Below are positions 20,198 through 28,187 of a stretch of 45,137 nucleotides of DNA, piece by piece. The translations under genes were made by a program, and so were the position numbers. Each line of letters opens with the position of its first letter. Within the stretch, counting starts at the first letter, position 1. Source of the stretch: Candidatus Dojkabacteria bacterium. GTDB taxonomy: Archaea; Nanobdellota; Nanobdellia; Pacearchaeales; GW2011-AR1. The notes under the pieces were generated by a model. That model made no database searches. It saw only the letters and a list, made by a program, of their open reading frames with translations, and was not told the origin of the DNA. The stretch spans positions 1-45,137 of the forward strand of contig JAFCCB010000002.1 in the NCBI GenBank assembly GCA_017610445.1, given 5' to 3'.

Positions 20198-20541
20198 TTT
20201 TCCTCCTTGCCAAAAACAAGGCTCAATTTTTTAGAATTGCTAAAACATAATTTAACCATATTATCCATTACTTTCTCTTGCTCCTTAATAAATCTTACTA
20301 TCTCCCTGGGAATTGAAACAGCATAAGAATTCCCAACAAATCTCATCTTAACTCTAAAAGTTTTATTCTTTAATTGAATAAATTTATTATATTCACTTTC
20401 ATCAACAGGATGCAGTAAACGAGAACCGCATTTCTTGCATTCAAGAGCCCTTAAAATAAATCCATTTCTTTCTAATTTTATAGGGTTCATTTCTTCCCCG
20501 CATTTCCTGCATAAAATCACATTGTCAAAAATATCTGTCAT
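20194..20541 (-). CDS. Zn-ribbon + AbrB/SpoVT-like putative transcription regulator, first gene of the cdc48 operon
   Basis: CRKC...CKKC followed by KMRFVGNSYAVSIPREIV; ATGA overlap with cdc48. Confidence 0.75.
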   Translation of the reverse strand: MTDIFDNVILCRKCGEEMNPIKLERNGFILRALECKKCGSRLLHPVDESEYNKFIQLKNKTFRVKMRFVGNSYAVSIPREIVRFIKEQEKVMDNMVKLCFSNSKKLSLVFGKEEK

Positions 20542-20705
20542 TTTTTATTTTGATTTTATCAATATTATTTTTTACTTATATCTCTACAAAATATTAAGCT
20601 CTGCAGATTAATTGTTCTCGCTTAATCTTCTCATCTCACGAACTTAAGTTCTTGCAAGATTAGTAATATTTTGTAATTTAGTATATCCATTTTATTTTAA
20701 TAAAA

Positions 20706-20780
20706 CAGCCATACAAAGTATGGCTGGAAAGGAGATTGTGTATACTTTCAGTATACACAAGAGATATACACTATTTAAAA
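20706..20780 (-). promoter_or_regulatory. two perfect inverted repeats and a TATA-like box upstream of the cdc48 operon
   Basis: cagccatac-aaa-gtatggctg 20706-20726; ttgtgtatact-ttc-agtatacacaa 20736-20760; tatttaaaa 20772-20780. Confidence 0.6.
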
Positions 20781-20805
20781 CTTTATATTCTTGAGTATAT
20801 ATTTT

Positions 20806-21114
20806 TTATAAACTCTCTTCCAGATAAGCACCACTTAAACCAGGGATTTCTTTTTCCCAATTATAAAAAATTAATTTCTTATTCTCAATTTTAAGATTAT
20901 CAAAACAAAATTTTATATTTGCGCAGGCATATTTTTCAGGTTTTTCCATAATATCTCCATTAGCTTGTTTTTCTGCTTCCTTTTTTATTTTAGAAACATA
21001 TGTTTTATAAAAATCTTTTATTTTTTCTGGAGTTTGGCATTTCTTAATAGCTTCAAGTATTTCACTCATGCCCCCAAAATCTTTTTTTGATACTTTCTTT
21101 GGCAAATCTTCCAT
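20806..21114 (-). CDS. hypothetical protein
   Basis: 102-aa ORF with a GGTGAGG SD-like sequence and a TTTAAAA box upstream. Confidence 0.6.
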   Translation of the reverse strand: MEDLPKKVSKKDFGGMSEILEAIKKCQTPEKIKDFYKTYVSKIKKEAEKQANGDIMEKPEKYACANIKFCFDNLKIENKKLIFYNWEKEIPGLSGAYLEESL

Positions 21115-21153
21115 CCCTCACCCACATAAACCCTGCTTTTAAATTTTTTGAAA

Positions 21154-21188
21154 GGACATATGTCATCTCTATTCTTTGCCAAATGTCA
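21154..21188. promoter_or_regulatory. two TGACATATGTCA-like operator copies
   Basis: ggacatatgtca 21154-21165 and tgccaaatgtca 21177-21188; a perfect copy lies at 24265-24276. Confidence 0.6.
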
Positions 21189-21262
21189 TTAAAATTTGTT
21201 AATCCTAAGTTTTCTAATTTCTCTACTTACACTAAAATTATTGTAAGGAGGATTTAAAAAAA

Positions 21263-21529
21263 ATGAAAACAAATTATTTAGCAAAAATTGCAGCAGCTGG
21301 AATAATGACAGTTGCCCCTTTATTAAGTGGATGTATGTCAGACGGAGAACTCGCTATAAAAGTTCTTGAAATCAAACATGAAAGCAGAACAGCAATAGCT
21401 ACACCAAAAGAAAATATGGAAAATGTATCTAAAAGAATCTACGAAAAAGAAACTAATGTCTTAAATGACAATAAAGTTTCACAAAAGACAATGGATTCAT
21501 TCATGCAGGCTTATCATAACAGAAAATAA
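21263..21529 (+). CDS. secreted/lipoprotein-like hypothetical protein
   Basis: Signal peptide ending in LLSGC (lipobox-like); strong SD aggagg at ~21246. Confidence 0.65.
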   Translation: MKTNYLAKIAAAGIMTVAPLLSGCMSDGELAIKVLEIKHESRTAIATPKENMENVSKRIYEKETNVLNDNKVSQKTMDSFMQAYHNRK

Positions 21530-21532
21530 ATA

Positions 21533-22078
21533 ATGGCAAATGAAATAAAAAAATCTGTTTTAGCATTTGCTGGATTAAAAGCAGGACAGCAAGTTCTGCA
21601 TGACTTAGACAGTATAATAATGAACAACACTATACCAGATGTTGCAAGATACGGAGCAGAACAAATTTGCAGATTAGGTTCTGCAGGTTTAGCAGCTTAT
21701 ACAATAGACAAAGCAGTAAGTTATGCAGAAGAATATCTGCCAAAACCAGCAAAAGGAATCTTGCCTTTGGCAGCTGCAACTATTGGCATTGGAACAGCAA
21801 TTAATTATTTTGGAAATTATTTTAATGTCCAAGAAGGTTTAGGAATTTTAAAAACAACTGCAGAATTAATTAATAATTATCAGGAAAACCTTACTAAACT
21901 GATTACTTTTAATTCAGGGGCTCATGCAGGTTATTTAACAGGAGCATTCATCAGTTTAAAATCTGGTTGCAGATTCTTAAAAAATATTGGAGAAACAATC
22001 ACACACAAAGCTGAAAAGAAAAGAGCAGAAAATAAATTCAAAGAACAGCAGAAAGCTAATTTAGATATAGAAAAATAA
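21533..22078 (+). CDS. Gly/Ala-rich membrane-associated hypothetical protein
   Basis: Several small-residue hydrophobic helices; 3 bp after the preceding gene. Confidence 0.65.
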   Translation: MANEIKKSVLAFAGLKAGQQVLHDLDSIIMNNTIPDVARYGAEQICRLGSAGLAAYTIDKAVSYAEEYLPKPAKGILPLAAATIGIGTAINYFGNYFNVQEGLGILKTTAELINNYQENLTKLITFNSGAHAGYLTGAFISLKSGCRFLKNIGETITHKAEKKRAENKFKEQQKANLDIEK

Positions 22079-22088
22079 AAGGGTGATT

Positions 22089-23249
22089 TTATCTGCTTCC
22101 TCCAGTATTAACAACACAAACTCTGTCTCTTGGATTAATAACATAATCTTTTTTTGTAGAAACTCCATTAAAAGACTTCATTAAATCTTCTCTAAACCTG
22201 TAAGCAGGAATTACAATATTCCCTTTCTGAGATTTCACATCATTAAAAACACCAAAACACATACTCCCAGTAGAACTTGTTTTCATATTTAAACCCTGTT
22301 CCACCAAAGCATTTAATCTTCCATTAGCAATATTTATTTTCTCATCATCTAAACTGCAAAAATAAATCCCTCTATCATAAACCCCTTCTTTTCTTAACTT
22401 CCAGTGTGCTTTTCCTGGTTTAGGAGTATCCAGCATACAAGCATCACTTTTTGAATTTGATTTAAAAGCAAAAGGATTTGCCTTTCCTGTAACAAACAAT
22501 AATTTTGCAGGCTTATTAAATAATTTTCCTTTAATCAACCCTCTTAAATTTTCTCTTGCCTTTACTAATCCAAAAGCTAACTCTCCAATTCCAATCGGAG
22601 CAATAATGCAATCATAATACTTAACAGCATCTTTAATCTGAGAAATTAAATAAGGATACTTTTCATCTTTAGAAATATAATCATCAATATTAGTAACATC
22701 AACTGCACTTTCATAATCCCCTGCTTCATCAACAAAACTTGCTAATTCTTCAAAATCAGCAGATTTTCTATACTTTCTAATTATTCCAAAATTCCTCCCA
22801 GCAATTAATCTCTTCCAAAATTTCTCAAGTTCTTTTTTATCTGCGTTCATCCATTTATTAGGTAGCCTAATGCTAATATCAGCCCTTCCTGTTTCACCAA
22901 CATTAACATCAACCAACTTTCCTTTATTCATAAATTTAACAACCTGCAGATTAGGGTGATACTTGCCCTCAATATCAAATGCTTTTCCAGCATTTCCAGA
23001 AGTAATCAGCAAAGCATAATTCCTGCCTGAATAATCAACATAATCCAAAGCATGTTCTGCTTTAATTCCTTTATGAGTTCCAACAAAATAATTTCGTCTT
23101 CCTGTAATCCCAATTTCTTCAACTCGCGTATCTCCAAAATCCATAACATCTAAATTAATTTTTTTTCTTCCTACAAATTTCTTTTCCAAAGCTCCAGAAT
23201 GCACAATTCTTGGATTGTAAATTTTCCTAACTGTTTTTTCTAATTTCAT
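22089..23249 (-). CDS. divergent PLP-dependent enzyme, fold type II (threonine synthase/dehydratase/cysteine synthase superfamily)
   Basis: GTHKGIKA (candidate PLP lysine), TSGNAG, APIGIGELAFG phosphate loop, C-terminal VCVVNTGG. Confidence 0.7.
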   Translation of the reverse strand: MKLEKTVRKIYNPRIVHSGALEKKFVGRKKINLDVMDFGDTRVEEIGITGRRNYFVGTHKGIKAEHALDYVDYSGRNYALLITSGNAGKAFDIEGKYHPNLQVVKFMNKGKLVDVNVGETGRADISIRLPNKWMNADKKELEKFWKRLIAGRNFGIIRKYRKSADFEELASFVDEAGDYESAVDVTNIDDYISKDEKYPYLISQIKDAVKYYDCIIAPIGIGELAFGLVKARENLRGLIKGKLFNKPAKLLFVTGKANPFAFKSNSKSDACMLDTPKPGKAHWKLRKEGVYDRGIYFCSLDDEKINIANGRLNALVEQGLNMKTSSTGSMCFGVFNDVKSQKGNIVIPAYRFREDLMKSFNGVSTKKDYVINPRDRVCVVNTGGSR

Positions 23250-23926
23250 TTTACAACCACCCTTTCAAAAAAACCTTTAATCAAATCAGGAAGTAATTTT
23301 GCCTCTGCTTTCCTGAGATTTTCCTGAAAAGTTCTCCTTTTCATTCCAATCATTACAGAAATTTCATCTAAGCTGATTTTTCTTGGCCAATTATAAAAAT
23401 CATGAGCAACAGCCTGTTGAATAGCATTTGCCTGTTTTTCTGTTAATTTTAAAGGATAATCACTAATAATTCTCCCAACAGAAAATAATTTCGCTTCTCC
23501 AATTTCATCCAAACTTTCCATAATTTCAACAAGCTTATTCGGCTCTTCTGTAATAACCTCATAAATCTCATACCCTTCTTTTTGAATAACCGGCGAAGTA
23601 TAAAGACAATTATTTTTCAAAATAATAGCATAACTCGATTGCTTATTTGTCCAGACAGTTTTAACCAAAGCATGAGTTTCATACAACTCAATAATTTTAA
23701 TTTTTTTAATCATATCGTATGTTTCCAAATGCTTTAAAAAATCTTTAAATTGTTTTTTATTTGGAAAACTAACATCCCATGTTGCATTTAACCTCACACC
23801 ACTTTTAATTTTCTCAACATTAATCGGCCCTTTTTCTTTCATAATAATTTCTGGAAATTTAACAGTGCATAAACTCCCCCAGCATCCTTTGTGCCTTACT
23901 CCTATTGTAGCTTTTCTAAGTTTCAT
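23246..23926 (-). CDS. bacterio-opsin activator-type (HTH_10) transcription regulator
   Basis: C-terminal LTEKQ...FYNWPRKISLDEIS...TFQENLRKAEAKLL; N-terminal HKGCW motif. Confidence 0.88.
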   Translation of the reverse strand: MKLRKATIGVRHKGCWGSLCTVKFPEIIMKEKGPINVEKIKSGVRLNATWDVSFPNKKQFKDFLKHLETYDMIKKIKIIELYETHALVKTVWTNKQSSYAIILKNNCLYTSPVIQKEGYEIYEVITEEPNKLVEIMESLDEIGEAKLFSVGRIISDYPLKLTEKQANAIQQAVAHDFYNWPRKISLDEISVMIGMKRRTFQENLRKAEAKLLPDLIKGFFERVVVK

Positions 23927-24270
23927 TAATTACCAAAATAACCCATTGGATTATCCCTATATTTAATATTAATTAATCTTTTAATCTTAGTCATAACCAA
24001 CTCAGAATTTTTAATAAAATTTACATAATCCCCACTAAATTTTCCTTTTTCACTAACAATACGATATTCTGCACCAAATTCTTTAGAATCTTTTTTTATA
24101 TTTTGCAGATTAAACATTATCTTAGTTAAATCATTAATATCTAAATTTTCTGCACTTTCATTCAGCACTTCAGATAAACTAATTACCCCATTATTCATAT
24201 TAGCAAATCTTTCTTGTAATTGCCTTTCTCTGACTGCATTATTTATTTCCATAGTCATTATACCTGACAT
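23926..24270 (-). CDS. hypothetical protein, first gene of a 3-gene operon (true start may be ATG at 24252)
   Basis: TAATG overlap with the HTH_10 gene; TATA tttataaa at 24277-24284. Confidence 0.6.
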   Translation of the reverse strand: MSGIMTMEINNAVRERQLQERFANMNNGVISLSEVLNESAENLDINDLTKIMFNLQNIKKDSKEFGAEYRIVSEKGKFSGDYVNFIKNSELVMTKIKRLINIKYRDNPMGYFGN

Positions 24271-24284
24271 ATGTCATTTATAAA
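24265..24284 (-). promoter_or_regulatory. perfect palindrome TGACATATGTCA abutting a TATA box
   Basis: tgacatatgtca 24265-24276 followed by tttataaa 24277-24284. Confidence 0.65.
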
Positions 24285-24359
24285 CTTTTCTATATTGTAA
24301 CTACTTAAAAATGAAACCATAGTAGGATTTATAAAGGAATTTTCTGTGATATTTTTAAG

Positions 24360-24743
24360 ATGAAAAATACATCAAAATTAGTTTTGATTGCTTTATCAAC
24401 AGTTCTTGCTTTAGCTGGATGCAAAGAAGAACATATTAAAGCAAGCAAGGTTAATGGATATGTTGCAAAAGCTTGGACAGATTTGAATGGAAACCACCAT
24501 TTAAAAGTAGAAGACCCAAATAATATTCCAATTGCTCTGCATGCTTATGATATTGCCCAAGAAGGTGTTACAGATGAAGAATTTGACAAAATAGAAAGAG
24601 GGAGATTACTAAAAGGCCATCCTCTTGAAAAATATGCAAATCTTCAAATAGTAAAAAAAATATATGAAGATGTAAGTATTAACGGAAAGGACCTTCCTGC
24701 CAGCAGAACAGAGCTACCTAAAAGCAAAATAAAATTACCTTAA
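24360..24743 (+). CDS. secreted/lipoprotein-like hypothetical protein
   Basis: Signal MKNTSKLVLIALSTVLALAGC with an LAGC lipobox. Confidence 0.7.
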   Translation: MKNTSKLVLIALSTVLALAGCKEEHIKASKVNGYVAKAWTDLNGNHHLKVEDPNNIPIALHAYDIAQEGVTDEEFDKIERGRLLKGHPLEKYANLQIVKKIYEDVSINGKDLPASRTELPKSKIKLP

Positions 24744-24893
24744 TAATTTTTCTTTTTGATTAACCCCCATCCTTAAAAACCTCTTTTCTTAATATAATTT
24801 ATCAAATTAAAAGAGAATAAAAAATTAATATTTATAAAACAATTAAGCTACTAAAAGCATAGCGTTTATAAATTATAGATAATAAATAATAGA

Positions 24894-25580
24894 ATGGATT
24901 TTCAAAATATAAAATCAAATATAAAAAAATCATGGAACTGGATTTGGCATTCTGATTCAATCTGGAGCTGGATTGTTGCACTTGCTTTAATCTATATAAT
25001 TGTAAAATTCATTTTCTTCCCAAGCTTATCATTAATCTTTGGAACCTCTCTTCCTTTAGCAGGAGTTGAATCCTCATCAATGGACCATCAAATAATAAAT
25101 GATAATTATCACAGATTAACTTTGTGCGGAAATATTTATTCAAAACAAGAAAAAAAAGAAATAGGTTATATTAACTTTAATAAATACTGGAAAACCTGCG
25201 GAAACTGGTATGAAAACAAAAACATAAGTGAAGAACAATTTTCTGAATTCTCTTTAAAAAATGGATTTAAAAAAGGAGATGTGATTATTGTTTGGGGAAA
25301 ATTCAAACCAAAAATAGGAGACATTATTATTTTTAAATCAAATCCTGACTCAACAGCACCGCATCCAATAATTCACAGAATAATTAATATAAATGAACAG
25401 GGAATAATCCAGACAAAAGGAGACCACAATGCAGAACAGCTGACAAAATCAAACAACATCTACAAAACAGATGAAACCCACATTAACCAGAAGCAGATTA
25501 TCGGAAAAGCAGTAATTAAAATCCCTTTTCTTGGATGGCCAAAAATCTGGCTGACAAAAGTAATAAATGTTTTTAGATGA
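24894..25580 (+). CDS. signal peptidase I (S26, archaeal Sec11-type)
   Basis: TM helix followed by VESSSM (catalytic Ser), GDIIIF, PIIHRII, TKGDHN and KIPFLGW. Confidence 0.88.
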   Translation: MDFQNIKSNIKKSWNWIWHSDSIWSWIVALALIYIIVKFIFFPSLSLIFGTSLPLAGVESSSMDHQIINDNYHRLTLCGNIYSKQEKKEIGYINFNKYWKTCGNWYENKNISEEQFSEFSLKNGFKKGDVIIVWGKFKPKIGDIIIFKSNPDSTAPHPIIHRIININEQGIIQTKGDHNAEQLTKSNNIYKTDETHINQKQIIGKAVIKIPFLGWPKIWLTKVINVFR

Positions 25581-25838
25581 TTCTTTATACCTATTGTTTT
25601 ACCACTAACTTTCAAAAATATAACCTCACTAAAACGCGCTTAAATTATCCAGAACAAAACTTAAATACAATCAACCAAACTTAATCTCAGTTTACATGTT
25701 ATTATACTATAAATATTATTAATATGCTTGAAAAACTCCTGCTAACCTCTGTTTAAAAGCAGAAGATTCCTCATTGTTTAATTAAACCCTAAAAATGTTT
25801 TGCGAAACATTTTTAAATCATGAATAAATAAACAAGTA

Positions 25839-26147
25839 ATGGAATTTTGTCCAAAATGCGGTTGTGTATTAGTTGAAAAAAAGAAAAATTTTGGTTGTCC
25901 AAGGTGCGGTTACAAAGCAAAATCAAAAATCAAAATTGAAACTTCTGAAAAAATTGAAATCAAACCCAAAATAGGAATAATAAAAGATAAAGACACAGAT
26001 GTTTTTCCTGTAACAAATGCAATTTGCCCAAAATGCGGAAATGGAGAAGCTTATTTCTGGACTTCACAAACAAGAGCAGGAGATGAAGCAGAAACCAAAT
26101 TCTACAAATGCACAAAATGCAAACATATTTGGCGAGATTATCGATAA
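25839..26147 (+). CDS. tfs: transcription factor S (TFS/RpoM-like)
   Basis: Two Zn ribbons; QTRAGDEAET acidic hairpin. Confidence 0.93.
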   Translation: MEFCPKCGCVLVEKKKNFGCPRCGYKAKSKIKIETSEKIEIKPKIGIIKDKDTDVFPVTNAICPKCGNGEAYFWTSQTRAGDEAETKFYKCTKCKHIWRDYR

Positions 26148-26165
26148 TAGTAATTTAAGAAGATA

Positions 26166-26426
26166 ATGGAAACTAAAAATAAAAAAAAGATATCCTCTTT
26201 AATAAAAGCTATTTTAGCAGGAGGCATTGTAGGAACAATAACAAATGTTTCGCCTGGTAAAATTATTGCTTGCTCAGTTATATTCGGAACAATAGGCAAA
26301 CCATTAGGAGACAAATATTTATATAAAATTAATTGGAAGACTTCAAAAAAACTAATACCTTATTATACAATAGGAGCAGCATTTGGATTAACTACCGCAG
26401 AATTCATAAAATATAATTTCTTCTAA
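26166..26426 (+). CDS. small membrane protein, hypothetical
   Basis: Gly-rich hydrophobic segments. Confidence 0.55.
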   Translation: METKNKKKISSLIKAILAGGIVGTITNVSPGKIIACSVIFGTIGKPLGDKYLYKINWKTSKKLIPYYTIGAAFGLTTAEFIKYNFF

Positions 26427-26476
26427 TTTTATTCTCATCAACACTTTTTTAAACTAATCATTTCTTAATAAATTAA

Positions 26477-26516
26477 GCCTCTGTAGCTCAGTTTGGTTAG
26501 AGCACGTGACTCTTAA
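26477..26516 (+). other. orphan 5' tRNA half (acceptor strand, D-arm, anticodon loop CTT)
   Basis: GCCTCTG-TA-GCTC-AGTTTGGTTA-GAGC-A-CGTGA-CT-CTT-AA, with no 3' half after it; TATA-like ttttttaaa ~24 bp upstream. Confidence 0.75.
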
Positions 26517-26611
26517 AAAAGGTTTTAAAAGCGACACCTTTTTACAAAAAAATAATAAGAAATATTTAAATAACCTTTTGTATTCTCTAAAGAAGAAGTA
26601 ATATTCTCAAA

Positions 26612-26875
26612 ATGGAAAAAAATAAAGTCCCATTGCCTATAATAATAATGAAAGAAGATGGTTGGTTTGTATCACATTGTCCATTATTAGATTTAGCAAC
26701 ACAAGGTAAAACAGAAGAAGAAGTTAAGGAAAACATGACAGACTTAATTGAAGAATATTTTGAAGACCCAGACACACAAAAACCAGAAATAAAAACCATG
26801 ATGGCTGTCTCTATTTCATTTATCCCAATAGAAATGTCCCAAAAATATTCAAATGAAACTCCTCCCACAGCGTAA
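26612..26875 (+). CDS. hicB: HicB-family antitoxin
   Basis: EDGWFVSHCPLLDLATQGKTEEEVKENMTDLIEEY partial RNase H fold signature. Confidence 0.88.
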   Translation: MEKNKVPLPIIIMKEDGWFVSHCPLLDLATQGKTEEEVKENMTDLIEEYFEDPDTQKPEIKTMMAVSISFIPIEMSQKYSNETPPTA

Positions 26876-27062
26876 AATTATTAAAATTCTTGAAAATAAT
26901 GGATTTAAAAGAGCAAGGTCAAGAGCCCACATTACTTTTAAAAAAAGAATATCCAATAAAAAAGTATTAACTACTTGGGTGCTACATCATAAGATGATTA
27001 CACTTTTTGTTGTAAAATATATAATTAAACAAACAGGAAAACCAAAAGAAGAATTTTATTAA
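26853..27062 (+). CDS. hicA: HicA-family toxin
   Basis: KILENNGF...RAHITF...H...IIKQTG dsRBD-like pattern; overlaps hicB. Confidence 0.82.
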   Translation: MKLLPQRKIIKILENNGFKRARSRAHITFKKRISNKKVLTTWVLHHKMITLFVVKYIIKQTGKPKEEFY

Positions 27063-27112
27063 TTGAAATTAAAAAGTAAGAATTAAATACTCATTTTATC
27101 TGATAATTTTAC

Positions 27113-27187
27113 GGCTCTGTAGCTCAGTCTGGTTAGAGCACTCGACTCTTAATCGAGGTGTCAGGGGTTCAAATCCCTTCAGGGCCA
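27113..27187 (+). tRNA. tRNA-Lys(CTT)
   Basis: Full cloverleaf: GGCTCTG/CAGGGCC acceptor, CTCGA-CT-CTT-AA-TCGAG anticodon arm, GGTTCAAATCC T-arm. Confidence 0.95.
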
Positions 27188-27209
27188 TTTTAAAATAAAA
27201 AATACTAAA

Positions 27210-27485
27210 TTAAATAAATAAAGAAGAAGACAAACTCCCTTTCTCTCCCACATTAAATCCTTTTGGATTTAATATCCTGTAACCAAATTTATCTAAATCA
27301 ATTCCTTTTGAAACAATATAAGAATCAAGCCTATCACAAAAATTATCAAGAAAACCTATCTGAACATTAACCATCACATAATTATTTGGATGTTTATCAA
27401 CTAATCCTCCAAATTCCCCTTCTTCTTTAACAAATTTAACTATCCCCTCATTATTTGTTATTAAATCAATTATCATTTCAGACAC
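27210..27485 (-). CDS. hypothetical protein
   Basis: 91-aa ORF with a GTG start; no motif. Confidence 0.5.
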   Translation of the reverse strand: MSEMIIDLITNNEGIVKFVKEEGEFGGLVDKHPNNYVMVNVQIGFLDNFCDRLDSYIVSKGIDLDKFGYRILNPKGFNVGEKGSLSSSLFI

Positions 27486-27526
27486 CGCTAACTAACACTC
27501 AACCTCTTAAAAATCTAAAACAAGCC

Positions 27527-27793
27527 TTACATTAATTGTCTTCTTATTGCATCAATATTTTCTGCAACTTCTTGCCCTTTCTTTGTTAGTTTAATTAGTT
27601 TTATTCTTCCTTTCTTTTCAAAACTAACTAACCCAAGCACTTCAAGTGTCTGCAGAATTTTAACTGCATGAGAATATGTGCAGTCAACTTCTTTTGCCAA
27701 AATACTGCCATACCTTGCTTTAGATACTTTTCTTAAAGCAACCAGCATTAAAGCCGGTTTTCTTCTAAAAAATATATCAAAATTATCTTTCAT
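27527..27793 (-). CDS. winged-helix (MarR/ArsR-like) DNA-binding protein
   Basis: LAKEVDCTYSHAVKILQTLEVLGLVSFEKKGRIKLIKLTKKG wHTH. Confidence 0.85.
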   Translation of the reverse strand: MKDNFDIFFRRKPALMLVALRKVSKARYGSILAKEVDCTYSHAVKILQTLEVLGLVSFEKKGRIKLIKLTKKGQEVAENIDAIRRQLM

Positions 27794-27899
27794 TTTATTT
27801 ATTTACAAAATGAGTTTTTTATAGATTATATCCCTATATACTCATTTCAAACTATATATTTAGTTATATAACAATTTATAAAACTTTCTATAGAAAAAA

Positions 27900-28080
27900 T
27901 TAACCAATCAGTAACAAATCCCAGTAGCCTTGCCCAAGAAGTAACAGCGTGTCACTCGCTTGCCTATAAAGTTTTTTTAATTCCTATAAAATTCTTCTTC
28001 TTTCCCATCCTACATTAAGCCTTTTTTCTTTAAGTAGTTCCTTTAAAGTATTCTTGAACAATTTCTATTGGTTCTCCCAT
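27900..28080 (-). pseudogene. possible short decayed ORF with two in-frame stops
   Basis: MGEPIEIVQEYFKGTT*EKRLNVGWERRRIL*ELKKLYRQASDTLLLLGQGYWDLLLIG*; more GC-rich than typical intergenic DNA here. Confidence 0.3.
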
Positions 28081-28111
28081 TTTACTTCTAAAAATCAGCT
28101 AATTTTAAACC

Positions 28112-28187
28112 TTCCTTATTCAACCTCAATCTCTTCTCCAGTCAATTCCTTATTCAACCTCAATCTCTTCTCCAGTCAATTCCTTAT
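28112..28187. repeat. 34-bp perfect tandem duplication of a gene 3' end
   Basis: ttccttattcaacctcaatctcttctccagtcaa twice, plus ttccttat. Confidence 0.9.
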
